DNA from: Takakia lepidozioides
Taxonomy: Eukaryota > Plantae > Bryophyta
Assembly (NCBI GenBank): GCA_030704615.1
Contig: CM060731.1
Span: 23,560,001 to 23,624,000, forward strand
Length of the DNA: 64,000 nucleotides
Direction of reading: 5' to 3'
Shown: positions 46,088 through 60,336 of the stretch, piece by piece
How positions within the stretch are numbered: position 1 is the first letter of the stretch
Layout of the letters: each line of letters begins with the position of its first letter
Notes under the pieces: generated by a model
Databases searched by the model: none
Told to the model about the DNA's origin: nothing
The model's input: the letters and a program-made list of their open reading frames with translations, nothing else
Made by a program: the position numbers and the translations under genes

Positions 46088-48810
46088 TGCAACATGATAG
46101 AATCTAGAAGGTTCTAGATGGAGGAGGAAAGTTCCCTAGAAGTTTCCAAAATAACTAGGAAGGTTCTTAGGAAGTTTGACTTAAAGAAGTTTGACTTGAG
46201 GCTCTCAAGTCAAACCTATAAGATATTATATTATGGAGAGTAGGTCAAATGTTTGATAAAGTCATATTGTAGAGAATATGTCAAGCTTATGAAGGTTGAA
46301 TTTAGGAAGTTTTGACTTGAGGCTCTCAAGTCAAACCTTTAAAATAATCATATTGTGAAGGGTATATAACATGCAATGAAAGCCTAGAAGGCATCGAGTT
46401 GTTCTGGAAAAAAGTTGAGAATTACTTATATTCTAGTTTGTGTAGATCCTGGGTGTTACAATGGTATCAGAGCCTAGTCTTTCTTAAAGTTGGGAGTGAA
46501 TACCTTCTTTAGGATGATTCGATTAAAATGTTTTTTTAAGAGATTTTTGTTGTTAATGTTTTTAAGTGTTGAATAGATAGTAGTGATGGTGCGTCATAAC
46601 GATAGTATAAAAATTTTACGGACTTAAATCAACACCCTTTCCGTGATTTTCCTTCGGAGTGTGAGTTTAAAATTATATGTCGTTGTAAGACAGAAATTAG
46701 AAATATGATAGTACAAAGATTTGGAGAGGAACAATATCAAGAAGTGTTACAAAATCCACGACCTGTCGTCTTTCCCATAATTAGAAATTGGAAGGTATAC
46801 ATAGTTCATGGATCGAGGTAGATATTTTCCGCTTAATTTTCCACCGCCAAATGTATTTAATATCAATGTGCGCATCATCGACAAACATCATCTTGTAAGA
46901 TTTTTAGTTGCAGAATTTGGAGTAGAATTCATGAACATTGTCATGAGTTCAAACCTCCCTTTTGTATTACCAATAGTCACGTACGGGATGGTTTGGGATT
47001 GCACTATTTACATACTGTATTAGGATAAGAGAATAGAGATAGTATTCATTACTTTTAGAAGACAAACACCACGAAGGATGGAGTAGTGGAGCAAGATGGC
47101 GGACAATGAAGAAATAGTGATAACGCACACATTACTCATCAAGCCAATGATCAGATGGTGTGGATAATGGAGTGCTTACACGAATTGCAGAATGCTCTTA
47201 TCACGACCCAACAACAAAATAACGTGTTGATGGAGGAGCTTAAACAAGTGAGACAATCAACCGCCAACTAAAGTAGAAGGTACAATCGACAAACTTATCG
47301 AAGACCTCTTAACAGTTTAAGGAGATGAGAAGATAACGAACATCATAATGAAGTAGATCTCGCGGTCTTACTGGTTCTACAAAGAAGATGAAAGGCGAGG
47401 GACCTTACAAGAAGAAGAGACAAATCAATCATGCGGGCAAGAAAGAGACGCAGTTAATTGTGACAGATGAAACCTTGGAAGATATTCATGTGAGAGTGTT
47501 GATAGACCCTGGGGCAACAGAAAACTTCTTATCTAGAAAGGCTGCATTGAAACTAGGACTCCCCTTAGAAAATGATGAAAGAGAGGAAGTAGAAATGCCA
47601 AATGGACATACATAGGCCATTGAGACACTACCTAAAAACATAGAGTTGTCGATTGGTAAATATAGAGAAACCTTAGAATGACGAGTGGTCAGACTGGCTC
47701 GATATGACGTAATATTAGGCATGCCTTGGATGGAATCTCACAACCTTGATGTTGATTGGTGTCGAAAGATAGTCAAAACCCAGAATTAGAAAATATAGGG
47801 AGATCGAGTGAGGACACCATATCGAAACCTACCATCATTTGTTATAGGTACTACATCTATATGTAAGAAAGACGTATTATTTGTAGGTTTAATAAGAGAC
47901 GTGGAAAATCCAAAAAAAAAAAGACATGAGTGAAGTCCCTATAGAATTACAGAGTGTATTGAAAGAGTTTAAAAATGTTTTTCAAGATGACCTACCAACA
48001 CGGCTTCCGCCATAGAGAAGAGTAGATCATAAGATTAAGGTTGTTCCAAGTAGTACTCTTTCTTATAAAGTCCCTTATCGATTAGCACCAAACGAGTTGG
48101 AAGAATATAAGGCTCAAGTTGATGACCTACTATCAAAATGCTTTATAAGACCAAATGTATCCCCGTATGGAGCGCCGATGTTGTTTGTGAAGAAAAAAGA
48201 TAGAGCAATGCGCATGTGCCTTGATTATCGAGCACTCAACCAGCAGACAGTGAAGAACAAATACCCGATACCACGCATAGACGATTTATTTGACCAACTG
48301 CGAGAGCAAAATACTTTAGGAAACTTGATTTGAGGAGTAGATATAACCAAATTCGAGTCGCTGATGAAGATGTATATAAGACCGTTTTCCGCACTAGGTA
48401 CGAATATTTGAATACATGGTTATATCATTTGGTCTCACCAATGCCCCAGCCATATTCATGGGCCTCATGAATGATATCTTCCGCCTATTCTTAGATAGAT
48501 TTGTGATAGTCTTTTTAGATGATATTTTGATATATAGTAACAGCCTTGTCGAGCATAGAAACCACCTCAAACAAGTATTACAAGTTCTCCGTGAGAATCA
48601 GCTATATGCCAAAGCATCTAAATGTGAGTTTGGAAAACAAGAAGTAGATTATCTTAGGCATCGCATGAGTAGGAAGGGAATTGAGGTAATGAGTGAGAAT
48701 ATAGAAGCTATTCAGTAGTGGATAGCCCCTGAAGACATTACCCAATTAAGGAGTTTTCTTGGTCTTACCGGATTCTACAGACGATTTGTAAGGGCATTCT
48801 CAAAGATTGC
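46088..48810 (+). mobile_element. Chromovirus A1 5' half: 5' LTR (46088-46460), PBS, gag largely deleted, protease, RT
   Basis: 373-bp LTR; TGGTATCAGAGC; LIDPGAT; [12 protein letters not shown]; VFLDDILIYS. Stops at KIA (~48810). Confidence 0.9.
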
Positions 48811-49551
48811 CCAACACAAGCTAGTCTGAAGGGTGGAAAGGAAATTCGAGAAAATCTGTGGTTCCATTTGTTGCTGGCATCAGCTCTCCGCTACGTTCTC
48901 GTCCAACTCTGGATGTCAGTGACTCGGTTCCATGCTTTAGTCAAGAAGTACAAGATTCAAACGGAAGGCGTCACTTTTGCACAAAAAGATCGTGAAAGCA
49001 ACTGGTATGTTTTATAGAGTGCATGTGTCGGTTTCGAAGTTATGTGTATGTACAAGTGTTGGTTTTCAGCTAGAAGTTGGTTGCAATGTAGTGACTGATG
49101 TGAATGTTCATACGAGTTAAATCATAAATTTAACTATTCACTCGTAAGCATAATAGTACCAGTTTGTGCTGTATCTATCTGATGGTCATCATTTTCGGCA
49201 GGTCAGTCACCTTGCAGACTCTGTTGTTGATGAAAGTCACTTCTGAAAACTTGCTGAGGTGTCTGGTCCTCGAAACACAATGTGCGAGCTCAATCAAAAC
49301 TATGGTTTGAAGAGGATTTGTGATTGTAGTAGACTTAAGGACGCAATGGCTTAGTAACATCTCCATGGCAAATCTTGGCACCAATGCTGGGTACACGATT
49401 TGGTTTAAAAACATGACATTTCTTACCATCTCCAAGTCAATTCAGTACCACATGAAGAATCAAAAGTACCAGTGTCGGTGCTGTCCACTAACACGCTGGT
49501 GCATTCATGAAAAGAGTCCCACAGACATTACAAACTAACTACTTGCCAGTC

Positions 49552-52400
49552 TCAGAGGTGGATGGCACATGGCTTCTGGTTAATCTTCCCATTACACAAC
49601 GGGCACTTTTGTGTCATATTCCAAACTTTTGTGGCACAGTCGATGCAAACTGATGCATGAAAGCAAGGAGTAAAACAAGCCCTCCGACGCTTCCTGGGCT
49701 CTTTATCATGAAGGCCCTCCGACGGCCGTTTTGGCGGAGGGTACCTTCCAGTTCCTGCAGACAAACACTGCACTCGTCGAACGTCTGCAGTGCTTGCTGT
49801 GCCTCCACAAGTTCTGTTCGTAACCTAGCTTCATCCGCCTTCTGGTTCTTCTTCATCTCCTCCATGTCCCTTGTATAGTTGTCCTCAACCTATCACCAAC
49901 CACAAAAGTTAAGCCTTCAGATTTGAGCATGTTGCCAAAGCGTTGACCTGACATTTGGTATCATAGATAGCAAATATACACTCCTTACACCACACCTACG
50001 GTGGACACTCGCCTGCCCTTCAGATCCCCTCCAGGAAGATCAGCTGTAATCCAAAAGAGAAAGGCAGAGAGAGGGGGACACGTACTGGAGCAAGAGAATG
50101 ATAGTTTGCATCACAAACATTCAAACTCCATTTGATGGACACAAGGCGTCCAAGCTGATTGAACTTCTTCTACAGCAGTTCCACCAAGTTCTCTCCTAAT
50201 TTCAATTTGCCAGGAAACTCCAGCTCTTGCAGTGAAATACCCATAACAACTAGTTCTGAACATCCGCCAGCACTATTGGTTACATTCAATGTGCTAGCTG
50301 CTAAGGCTACAAATTCGGCACTAAACCAACATGCAATCACCTTTTTTAGCAAACCGGCAGCACCATCTTCCTCCTGAAGCACACCACACAAAACACGTGT
50401 CTCGTGTGCAGTGGTCTTGACCTTTTCCATCAGTTTGACTCTTCGAGCCATGCGTTGCTCCAAATGTGGGTCTCTTACTGACTGAATCCTCTTGAGGTAC
50501 TGTCAGGCACAAGTCCACTTCAGTACCCAGGTCTGCAAGCAACTTCCTTCAGGTCTTCACTGAGCAGGAACATTTTAAACCAAAACTGAGAGATAACTAA
50601 GTGTTCTAAGCAGGAGCCATTCCAAAACGGACCTCCAATAGCTCCTTATGTTGCTTCTCTCTAAACGCCAGTATTGATTGTGGAACTCTGTGTTGAGCTT
50701 GATGAGCTGTTCCTGTGCAACCTTGTCGAGCTGACTCTCCTGCATTACCATTCGCAAGGTATCAAGCTCCGTCTCCGCAGCTAGTGTTATCCTGCATACA
50801 TCTTGGGTTGGCTTAAAACCAGATCAGATGTTTTGGCCAGCAGTGGTGGAGACAGATGATGTTTGTACCCAACACTTCCAATCTGGAAACCTACTCTGCT
50901 GTGCTTGCCTTGCTGAACGTTTTTAACTTCTATCATGCACAACCTCCGAATTTGGTGTTACAGAAACTACTTATCTGTGCAAGGAAAGACCCAAACCCTG
51001 CTTCTGTGCACCGAATGCTCCAGAAAGACTGAGAGAAATATCCAAACAGAAGAAGCTCCAATTCTATAGCATGGTGCATACTGTTATCCATAGACATTGG
51101 CAGTACCCATTCAAATGCTTTTGTCCAGGTAAATACTGAATATTCAGAGTTCCATGGTTGAAACCATAACTGACACGGTTGTTAGGCATACACTTTCATG
51201 TAAGAGGCGGTGACAGAAGGCACCTACATTTTGAGAGACAGACCTCCTAAGTCTGGAGTGAGTAAGCCACTTAGTAGTGCTACCCGCTCCAGACACTCAT
51301 CCGCAACGATAGTATCCAAGGAGGACCATGGTCGTCGCAACCAAGTCTCTGGTGTTGTATTACTTACACGGATGGCTCTTACGAAATCAATCGCCTTTGC
51401 CAACTCAGATTGTGTCAGCTACAGCCCACAGAGAGTTGTCAGCGTTTTGGGGAGTAATTACTTAGTGAAAGTCAAAACAATGATATACCTATGTCGTCAA
51501 GTTCATCACACTTGAGAAGTACCTAAATGTAGCTTCTGAATTTTGACATCGCTCTGAGATTGAATGTGATTCCACACATTTCGGAGGGGAAGGTACTCAC
51601 ATCTGCCTCGAACTTTTCTTCCGCCAAGGCCCCAACCTTGCCTAGTTCCTCAACTCCACGTTCATAATGTTGTATCTTCTCGACGTACATACCTGGAAGG
51701 TACATATCGTAGGGTGTGAAAAGTTTTGACCAGTCTGCCGAATGACATACGATCTTGCTTCCAATCTCAATCTGTATCACCGGTCACCCAGGCATGCCGA
51801 TGAATGCATGGCGAAATCTTTAAAACTAAATGTCAGAGAGAGATTTCGGTGGCCAAAGTCAAGGAGAAAGAGCAAGTGAGATAGACCTGTCGCTCAATTT
51901 CGGCCTCGGCAGCTGCATCGGTAACATTGTCGACCGTCTCCAGAGTTGTCCACCCTTTCACCAGATATTTTCTGGGGTCAATCTCATTCATGTCTTGTAC
52001 ATTGGCATAATACACCACCAAGTCCGTGGCATGCGTTCCTGGACGACCACGCATAGCCCTTCTGCCTCTGTCGTCAAGGAAAAAGAGTTGGTGCAGCCTT
52101 TTCGCTGCGGCAAATCCACTATCCAGAGGTGGGAAGAGATAGACACATGTTCGACCGGCTTTCCCAAGCTTGTCATGGAATCTCTCCTCATCATACTCCA
52201 GGGCCTATGCCTTGCAATTTCTCGCTCAGAAGACTTTTCGCAAAGGCCACTTTGCCCAAAATGTCCTCTTTGCTTCCAATTTTCAGCACCAATACTGGTG
52301 GCCACACGCAGCTGATACCATCACCGACGATGGAAGCCATATCGGGCTGTACTACTTCCCCACCAAACTTACCATCTACGCATCACGCATCACGCATCAC
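49552..52400 (-). pseudogene. Decayed multi-exon gene: XS-like domain, coiled coil, possible XH-like segment, C-terminal RING finger
   Basis: VWPPVLVL (~52300); SGFAAAKRLHQLFFLDDRGRRA...LVVYYANVQDM resembles XS domains; RING CSVC...PCFH..CIDC...CPLC split by a frameshift (49570-49790). Confidence 0.5.
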
Positions 52401-53956
52401 TGCAAGTCTTTCATACAACTCCACTTGAGCAGCTCTGCAGAGCAGACTAGTCAGGATCCCAGTGATACAAAGAAGCTTCTCATTCCGCTAAGGATACACA
52501 AACCCTAAATCTTGCATGGAGCCGCGCCTTCCCAATTTCTTGCCAAAGGTGGTTATAGGAGTTAACGAATAAAAGGGTCCCAAATTCTGGTATGGGTTAT
52601 TTCTGAAGGTCAAAAAAAGGGAGAGCGAGCAAATGGGCGGGAGAACTCTCGCTGCCCCATGTACGTTGCAGGTGGTCAAAATCACCCGAGGGGTTTGGTG
52701 CCAGAGGAGGGCCAGCGTCGATCCTGCAGCCAAGTCTGCCGAGTCTGGATTTCAGAGCATCGACAGCTCCCAAATGTGCAATACGTGCAGGGATTCGCAG
52801 TCATGAGCTGCGCAGATTTGCTAGCAACATTGGGTTTGTGAGAGACAGATTATACCTTCGTTGAAGTTTGATTCAGCCGATAACAGTTCGGTTAAAGGTC
52901 TGTCCAGGCTTGCCGTTGTTCAAAGTTACATGAAATCAACGAACACCTAGGTAATTCATCTCCCTTCTGTGTGGCCCCACCTGGTAGAAAATGAGGCTGA
53001 GAGATCTGCACAGTGTACATTGTGCGCTGAAATACCCAAGCAAATGGAAGCATAAGGTTGACTCCGGCTCCGAAGCAAGTACTGCCTCCCGTTCATATAT
53101 ATATCACAACAATCTAGAGGAGTTATAGTCAGATAACACTAGGTGCCCAACCTTCCGACCAATGTTAGCTGTTAGCTCATGATCTTCAGAAGCAAAGCAT
53201 GGATTCCTCTTCTCGAAAGTGAAGGTTCGATCTGCAAGAGATGAATGCACATGATAAAGGAATGTAGTTGTAACTGAGCAGCTTCTAGAATCTGTTTATA
53301 TTGGGGTGTGGAGGTTGGCAATGGGATGTGCGTGGGATGGTCGGCCATGGAGTTTCTTTCTGGCACTAAGCTTTGCTCCAAATTTGTGGCACTGTTGCTG
53401 CAGCAACATTCTGCGACTATCACAAACTTCTCTTGAGCAGTTATATTTGCTCAAGTGACATTACCAGCTCGAGATCATCCAATGAAATCATCTCTAGTTT
53501 ACTTATGTTGATTGACAACAGGACCGAAAATCATGTCTACATACAGCTAGTAGATTCTAAGGTACTTTGGGTCTAGTGATTTGGTCAATTCCGGCGGTAT
53601 AATGTACATAGACCCAATCACCAGCCCAGGACTAGTAATTGCATAGCTTAAATTTACTTCTCCAAAGGCTCCTTCGAAAGAATCACTTTTCATGAATTAC
53701 AGGGGGGGAGACCCTGCAGGTCCCCCTTAAACAGTCGTATCCTGACTACTGATAACTCACTGATTGATGAAAAGTTCTACTTTTTCTAGATTTGTTGTAC
53801 ACAAAACGCAACCTATATATGCTGCTCATATTCAGCCCCTGCTGGTTTGTTCCACCTGAGGGCTCCTGAGTAATTTTAAGCTCTCAGTAATGCTAGCATG
53901 AGATGTTATTGTACATAAGAATTGTACACCTAATCAACTCTGCAGATTTAGAGAAT

Positions 53957-56900
53957 TCAGCTCGCACCACGGTCTTGTCGGGAAGATTGTGGTGCAATTT
54001 TGCAACTTGTTGTAAAAGTAGACACAGCGACTCCAGGCCGCCCACTGCTGGAGTTTCCACCTGGTCCTGGTGTGGCAGCAGCTCCTGAAGGTGCTGTAGA
54101 CCACAAGCTGCTTGGTCTCGATGGCTCCTCCACGTTGTAAAAGGGACTGCTGTGGTCATGTAAATTATTACTAGGATTTGTTGTCTGCATCTGAATGCAG
54201 TCCTCTACTTGTTCCTTGAATCTCTGTGCTTTAGCCATTTCAAACTGTGCACGCTCTCCCAATCTCTTAGCAGCGGCTAGCTCAGCCTCTGCCATTTCCA
54301 TCTGTCGCTTTGCCAGTTTTCGTGCATGATCTGCATATGCTTTTTCAGCTGAGGCTAAATTAAGCTGCTCTTTTGCCTCCCGCTTTAAACTCTCTGCTTT
54401 CGCAAGATCACTTCGGGCTTTGTCAAATTCCAAACGAGCCTGCTCCTTGGTATGCCGTGCTGTAGCCAGATCTGACCAGGCCGTGCCAAGATCTGTCCGT
54501 GCCTGCATGCAGGAGAACTTCTGATTCATGATGAGTAATTAACACCTCTACGTCACAGCAACCCCGTAGGCCAGTTGTTACTTACAAGGGGAATTCTGAC
54601 TCGACGTAGCTTTATACTGATCATTTTGATGCACCTGTTGCGTGCAAGTGTGAATCAACATGTAATTTAAGGAAAAATTTAATCAGGATTTCTCTAGGCA
54701 CATATGAAATTTAGGTATAGGATCTCTCTGCCATGATGATCCCAGACCGCCCTCATTTGGATCTAATTATAACTGGCTGGTCCACCGAATGTGTTCTAGG
54801 CTGCATTTGTAAACAGTCACAGCTACATTTCGACTCGGTCACATCCATGTACATCAGAGGTCTCAAAATGAAGGAAACTACTTCCTGTTCAAGCCAGGGC
54901 AGCCAGGGTACCTGGCGCTGCAATTGTGATCAGGTTTTTTTCTTTTCACTTTCATGACAAACTGTATGTACCCAGATCCTACATGAACTATGTGCATCGA
55001 TATGTACAACTATTGATTAAAGCTTACAAGTTCACACTTTAATTTCAATAGAAATCTTTCATTTTCTTGAGAGACAAATGGCGTTTAAGCTGAAAAGAGT
55101 TGGGAAGCTTTGAACAAGATTACCTGACCTCGTGCCCGACTTGCTTCAGCAGAGGCTGCAGCAGCCATCATCTTTTGCCTGGAAGCCTCTTCTATTGTCC
55201 GTGAGGCCATCCGAAGGTCGGATTGAGCGACGTCCAGCTGGTCCCATGAGTAATTGCTTGTGCGGTTGGGATCGTCAAGCTGATCCATTCTCTCTGACTG
55301 ATGCACCGAGCCTTTTCTCGTTCCCCACATCGTCTCTCTCACAGCTGTGCCTGTCATTGAGCAAAACGGTGAATCACGTGCCAAACTTTGATAGGTCAAT
55401 AGACGTTGACATGTTATGGATCAGGATCGATCTTGGATCCTCGATGACTGGATGATGTCGGCTCCAGACAGGTAGTCAGCTACACTTTGTGAGATCAATG
55501 TAAGGGATACAGCTCGAGACTTTATTAATCGTGAACATAAGGTAACCTACTGATCATGTAATATACATATCTGATGACATTGAATGATCAGGGCGACGAT
55601 GGTACCTGATTCAGGTCTTCTGTCAAAGCGAGCCTGCTGGCTTGTTTCGAAAGCATTTCCAGTATCAGGGGCAATTAAGCGAGCTGTTTCTATGCCTGAA
55701 GTATAGCTGCTCCTCTGTTTTTCATGCTGACTGAATAAATCTGACCAGGCCACCGCACGTTCACGCTCGGTAGGTCCAAGTCTCCTAGTGATTTGGATTG
55801 GAAAGTGACTCGAGGACACTTTTTGTCCTTCCGTACTATGCCCAGCCAGCCCACTAGCGCTACGGGATGAGAGACTCAAGTCTTCGCCAAGCCCTGCTTC
55901 AGAATAGCCTCTTTTGCTCCCTGTTATTGAGGCCTCGCTACTTCCAGGTTGCAATTGGCGTTGTTGTGTCATAGCGACAGACGTTGTAACCCCTCTCATG
56001 TCGAGGGTGCTGAGATTTGGTTTTATGTCAGTACTCTCGTCATTGTCTGAAGCTGGATTACCTGGGGCCACCTCAGCACTATACGGACCAATTGACAGTT
56101 GTAGCACAGTGGTGTTCACATCATCACTGCTTGGTGGAACAGATTTGGAGTCTGACCCAGAGAACGGCAGCTCGCATGCTGAGTTGATTGAGCTGCTTCG
56201 AGTGGGAGGCCTGGACCCTGAAGCTGCCAGTAAATTACTGTCTGCATGCACAGTGCTAGCTGATACCATGGCCTCAGTGTGCGGATCTGATCGCTGTTTC
56301 TTTTCTGGCAAGAGCTGCAATTGGTTTGGTTTTTCAAATGTAAGCCAGGCAAGGTTACTAGCCGCACCCCCTTCAACGCTTCTAGCTTGCTCAAACCCAC
56401 GTGCTTCTAAAGATCGAACAGTCCCATCTGAAATGCCTGAGCGTGCCAATGGAACTCCAGTAGTTGTGTCGCTGGATCGGCTGGCCAGGCTATTACTGGA
56501 AAAATTCTTCTCAGGACTAACAGTGCCCTGAAAACTGCCTCCCTGGATGGTGCTCGCCTTTTGATTCACAGCGTTGCAAGTATCCTGATGCTCTATGAAG
56601 CTCTCTACCCTGTTTCAACCATGAGAGAGTTGGTCCCCATTCATCAGAATTGTACTCATCAGATACCAACTTCGGAGCCCCATGTCACATATTACATACA
56701 AAAGTGATCAAGATGCCTGTTCCATGGCATCACTATCTCGATAAAAAATTTCGGTTGAGTTCCTTAACATTTTGGTCTAGATAGCAGGAAACATTATGAT
56801 CAGGGCATGAACAATACTTAGATCTCTAGAGCTAAGTAAGAGTGAATGTACTCCCTGGTTAGAACAGGGTTAGAAACGGAGGCAATGATAACGTCTTACA

Positions 56901-59900
56901 CATGACAACAATCTTCCTGGCTTGGTTTAAGATTCACCGAAAGGTTTCGTCGTGGAATAGTTGGTAGCTCTAGCGTTACCTAGAAAAGACACGGCCACAA
57001 TCGCAGCAATGACCACGTGTGCCGCAGGTCTTCATGTGAGCTTTGTAATCAGACTGCACAGCGTAACCTTTGTCGCATTTCTCACATTTCCATTGCTTGT
57101 CACTACTGTGCTTCCTGCGATAGTGCTTCTTTATTCCAACAAGGTCCCCTAATGCATGGCAGGGGTCATGGTGGAGACATGAAGGCTCGGGGCACACATA
57201 CACGCGCTTAATGTGTATATCCTGGGTAGCCCTCTTAAGCAGCTTCCATGGTACCTGGCGCATTTTCAAATTGCACACATTTCTAAACTGGTCATGAGAT
57301 GTTCCGCTCAGGTTGAACAAAGCCTTACTACAGAATTGTGCATTGCCCACCGTAACTAATCTCAGCATTACACACTCTCTTGATCTAACACGTATACTGT
57401 CCTGCCCACAAGGGTATCCCACATCCTTCTCCACAAATTCCCAAATGGCATTCTAAGTGGACAACTTGAAAACTAGTTAAAAACATACTCTGAGGTACTT
57501 ACAGATTCACTCAAGTCATATCGTACCTTGTGGCGGCGCCTGTGCATCTGAAGGTTTTGCTCACGTTGGAAGCCTTGGTTGCAGATCTCACACACATATT
57601 TGTCTGATTCCATCAAAGTCTTGGGAGACAGGGCCACTACCTCCGAATCTGGATCTGCACGTTAAGTAACTCAGAAGTTTACACACTCTGCATGTTGCCC
57701 GGATCAAGCTGCCAGAAATGCTTAATTATCCCTTTCCAGATGTCACATTAAAGTTCAAGACGATTTTGAGTGTAGGAGCAGTTAGAGGTGTCCTGCGTTA
57801 GCTAATTAAATATGAGGACCTGCAGTAACATAGGTAGGTCATACCACACGCATCATATATAAACATACATGTACAATGTACATGAATATTCTATAACTGG
57901 ACCGTCGATTCTCTGTTTAGCTGTGCAGCTGATTGAGATCTTACTCCAATCTTCATCACTGTAGCTTATATTCTCTCCTAGGTAAGAAGGACAGCTTATG
58001 AACCAAAATCTTGAGGCCTTTCTAATTAAAGACATCGGTCTGGCAAGCGTATAATTGGTCCTCGAATTTGATGCAGTGCCATGCACTAGAGACTGTTAAG
58101 ACTGCAAGCTTGTCTTCTACATTCGATTCAAGGTTTGAAGCCCTAGGTAAGAGACTCCATGTACACTCTGAGTTTCGGGTCCTGACCCCACAATATTGTG
58201 CACTAGTTATAGTAACCACAGTATAGAAACTAACTTGCGCCCATGTCCAGGAAGCCCGTACTTTTTCTCAGAAGAAGTTGACAAGGACTGTGCACAGTAT
58301 GCTCATTGTCCCAGTGGAGATTCCCAGGTGGGAAGGCCCTTGAGATCAGGGAGGGTCCTCAAGTACTCTATTCAAGTTGAGCTCTCGTTGAGCTAATCCT
58401 ATTTCAACAAATTATATAACACATGTACATTGCATTCTCAAGATCATATTCCAAGCAAGCTGAATTGGCTACAACTCCGCCTGTTTGAAGCCTGCTTTCC
58501 TAAGGAAAAAGAGAGATGGATCATGGACTGCCCAAGTTACCTCCTGGGGCATTCTTAAAGGCCCCAATCACCTAGGAGTAACCCCGTTGGCAATATCTAG
58601 TCGGCCAAGGCCTAGCTACCATATTGTATCCCATGTCCCTAATACCCACGAATCTGTGCGGTGGGATATTCTGCAAAATGTGTGCACGCACACGGACCCA
58701 AGATTGCATCAGTAGCTAGCCACTGGTCGTTACCCAAATGAATTTCCGAATTTGTCCAGGCATGTAGAAGTATATGGGATTTGTCTTTAGCCAGAGTTCC
58801 ATGAACCTCACTAATTTGTAGACAAATTTGTACAGGGTCTATAAGGATGGCAGGATGAAGTACGCAGCTTTGCGAATTAGGCGAGATGTTCATAGACCCA
58901 TTCAGCAGAAAGTGGCTCCAACAGCTCCAACAGAGGTAGCAGTGCACTTCAATCGAAGTCAGACCGACTGCATGCATGTTTCACCACCCACATTATAATA
59001 TCGTGTGGCTGGGGCAGGCGGGAGTTCAATGCTGACAACTTGTAGCTGCGTGCTTCCTAAGCTTCATCTTTATGCGTGGCTTTATTTTGAACTCGTTACT
59101 GTATTGTAAGCCAAAGTGTTGATGTCAACAGAACAAGGGTCTGGACACCGCACATGCTTTAAGGTTCCTAAATACTAGCTACGATGCGCTCAAGAAGTGG
59201 TAGGCAATGAGATAAGACTTCCAGGATGTACAAGTCTCTACAGATCGTAATGTCAAACGATAAAACATCGCTTGTACATGTGGGTATGAAGTTTATAAAA
59301 TTGTATACTCAGAGACTGGTATGTACACATCTGCACTACGGAAAACTCATTTGAATGAATCATATATCTCAATGATCCTGGCCTTTCAGTTTCTAAGTTC
59401 ACGATCTATCATGTCGAAGGAAGAACACATCATGCACACAGATTCTATCCTTGACCTCTGCTCCGTCCACAGTCCATGTACCATAGGGCCCTTAGAAAAC
59501 TTATTGGCTGTTAGTATCTGTGATATCGCCTGGGTCGAAAGTTCAAACTTTCCCATAGTCTTGCAAAAGGTAAGCAGTCCTACCTTCCCAGGGGTTAGAA
59601 CATCTACATATCTGCAGGAGCCCATTTGACACATATGTCCAGACTGATATCATGGAGTGTGAATCTCGAACACCTCTGGACAGCGAGTGGACAGCCTGAG
59701 TATACTCTCCGTCCAGATTATCTTCCTGGGGTGATCTGAATGCATGTAGATATAGTGTCATGCCGCACTGGATATTGCTCCTCTTCAGGCAACATTCACC
59801 AGTCGAGCTAGGTATTGCCTAAATTGATCTAATCTCCGTCTTCAATTGAGAAAATCTTACGGAACTAGTTGTTCGAAAAGAGCAGTGTTCAGTTGTTTCG

Positions 59901-60336
59901 AGCTCGTCAGATACAACAAGCCCTGCGATGATCTTGTGTTTCTAGTGCTTGTTCTTCAAAATCCTCCATCGAGCCACGAAGCAACAGGGGAGCAGGAGTT
60001 CGAAGACAGGCCACCTAATTAGGGTGGTGGTGAGAGAAGTAGACAGCTCCACAGTCAGCAGCCTATCAATTGGCTTACATTCACATTCTGAAGCGCGCGT
60101 TACAGAGACACAGAGACCATCGTACGTATGGAGCGAGGATATATAGGGAGTCTAGGCATACCAGGGGTTCCAGCAGGGCGTCGCTTGCGCTTGTTGGCGC
60201 CCGTGCTTGCTGGAGCAGGGGACTGCTCAGCAGCGCCTGGTGAAGCAGGAGTTGAAGGGAGGCTGGGAGCGCCATAGCCAGCCTGCACATCATGCTGGGA
60301 GCTGCCATCGTTTCTAGCAGAGGGCAGCGCAGTCAT
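53957..60336 (-). CDS. SGR5: INDETERMINATE-domain C2H2 zinc-finger transcription factor, SGR5/IDD14-16 class. Exons 60336-60162, 57654-57527, 57254-56980, 56609-55606, 55350-55124, 54502-53957
   Basis: KRKRRPAGTP-DPDSEVVALSPKTLMESDKYVCEICNQGFQREQNLQMHRRRHK-VPWKLLKR...HALGDLVGIKKH...YAVQSDYKAH...FSR-VESFIEHQD; LQLSIG; C-terminal EKAYA..AR..AKRQMEMAE coiled coil. All six exons join in frame at GT-AG. Confidence 0.9.

Noticed and set aside
55400-55480. Upstream splice acceptor for IDD exon 5 at ~55480
   Set aside because: It introduces an in-frame TGA; the acceptor at 55351 keeps the frame.
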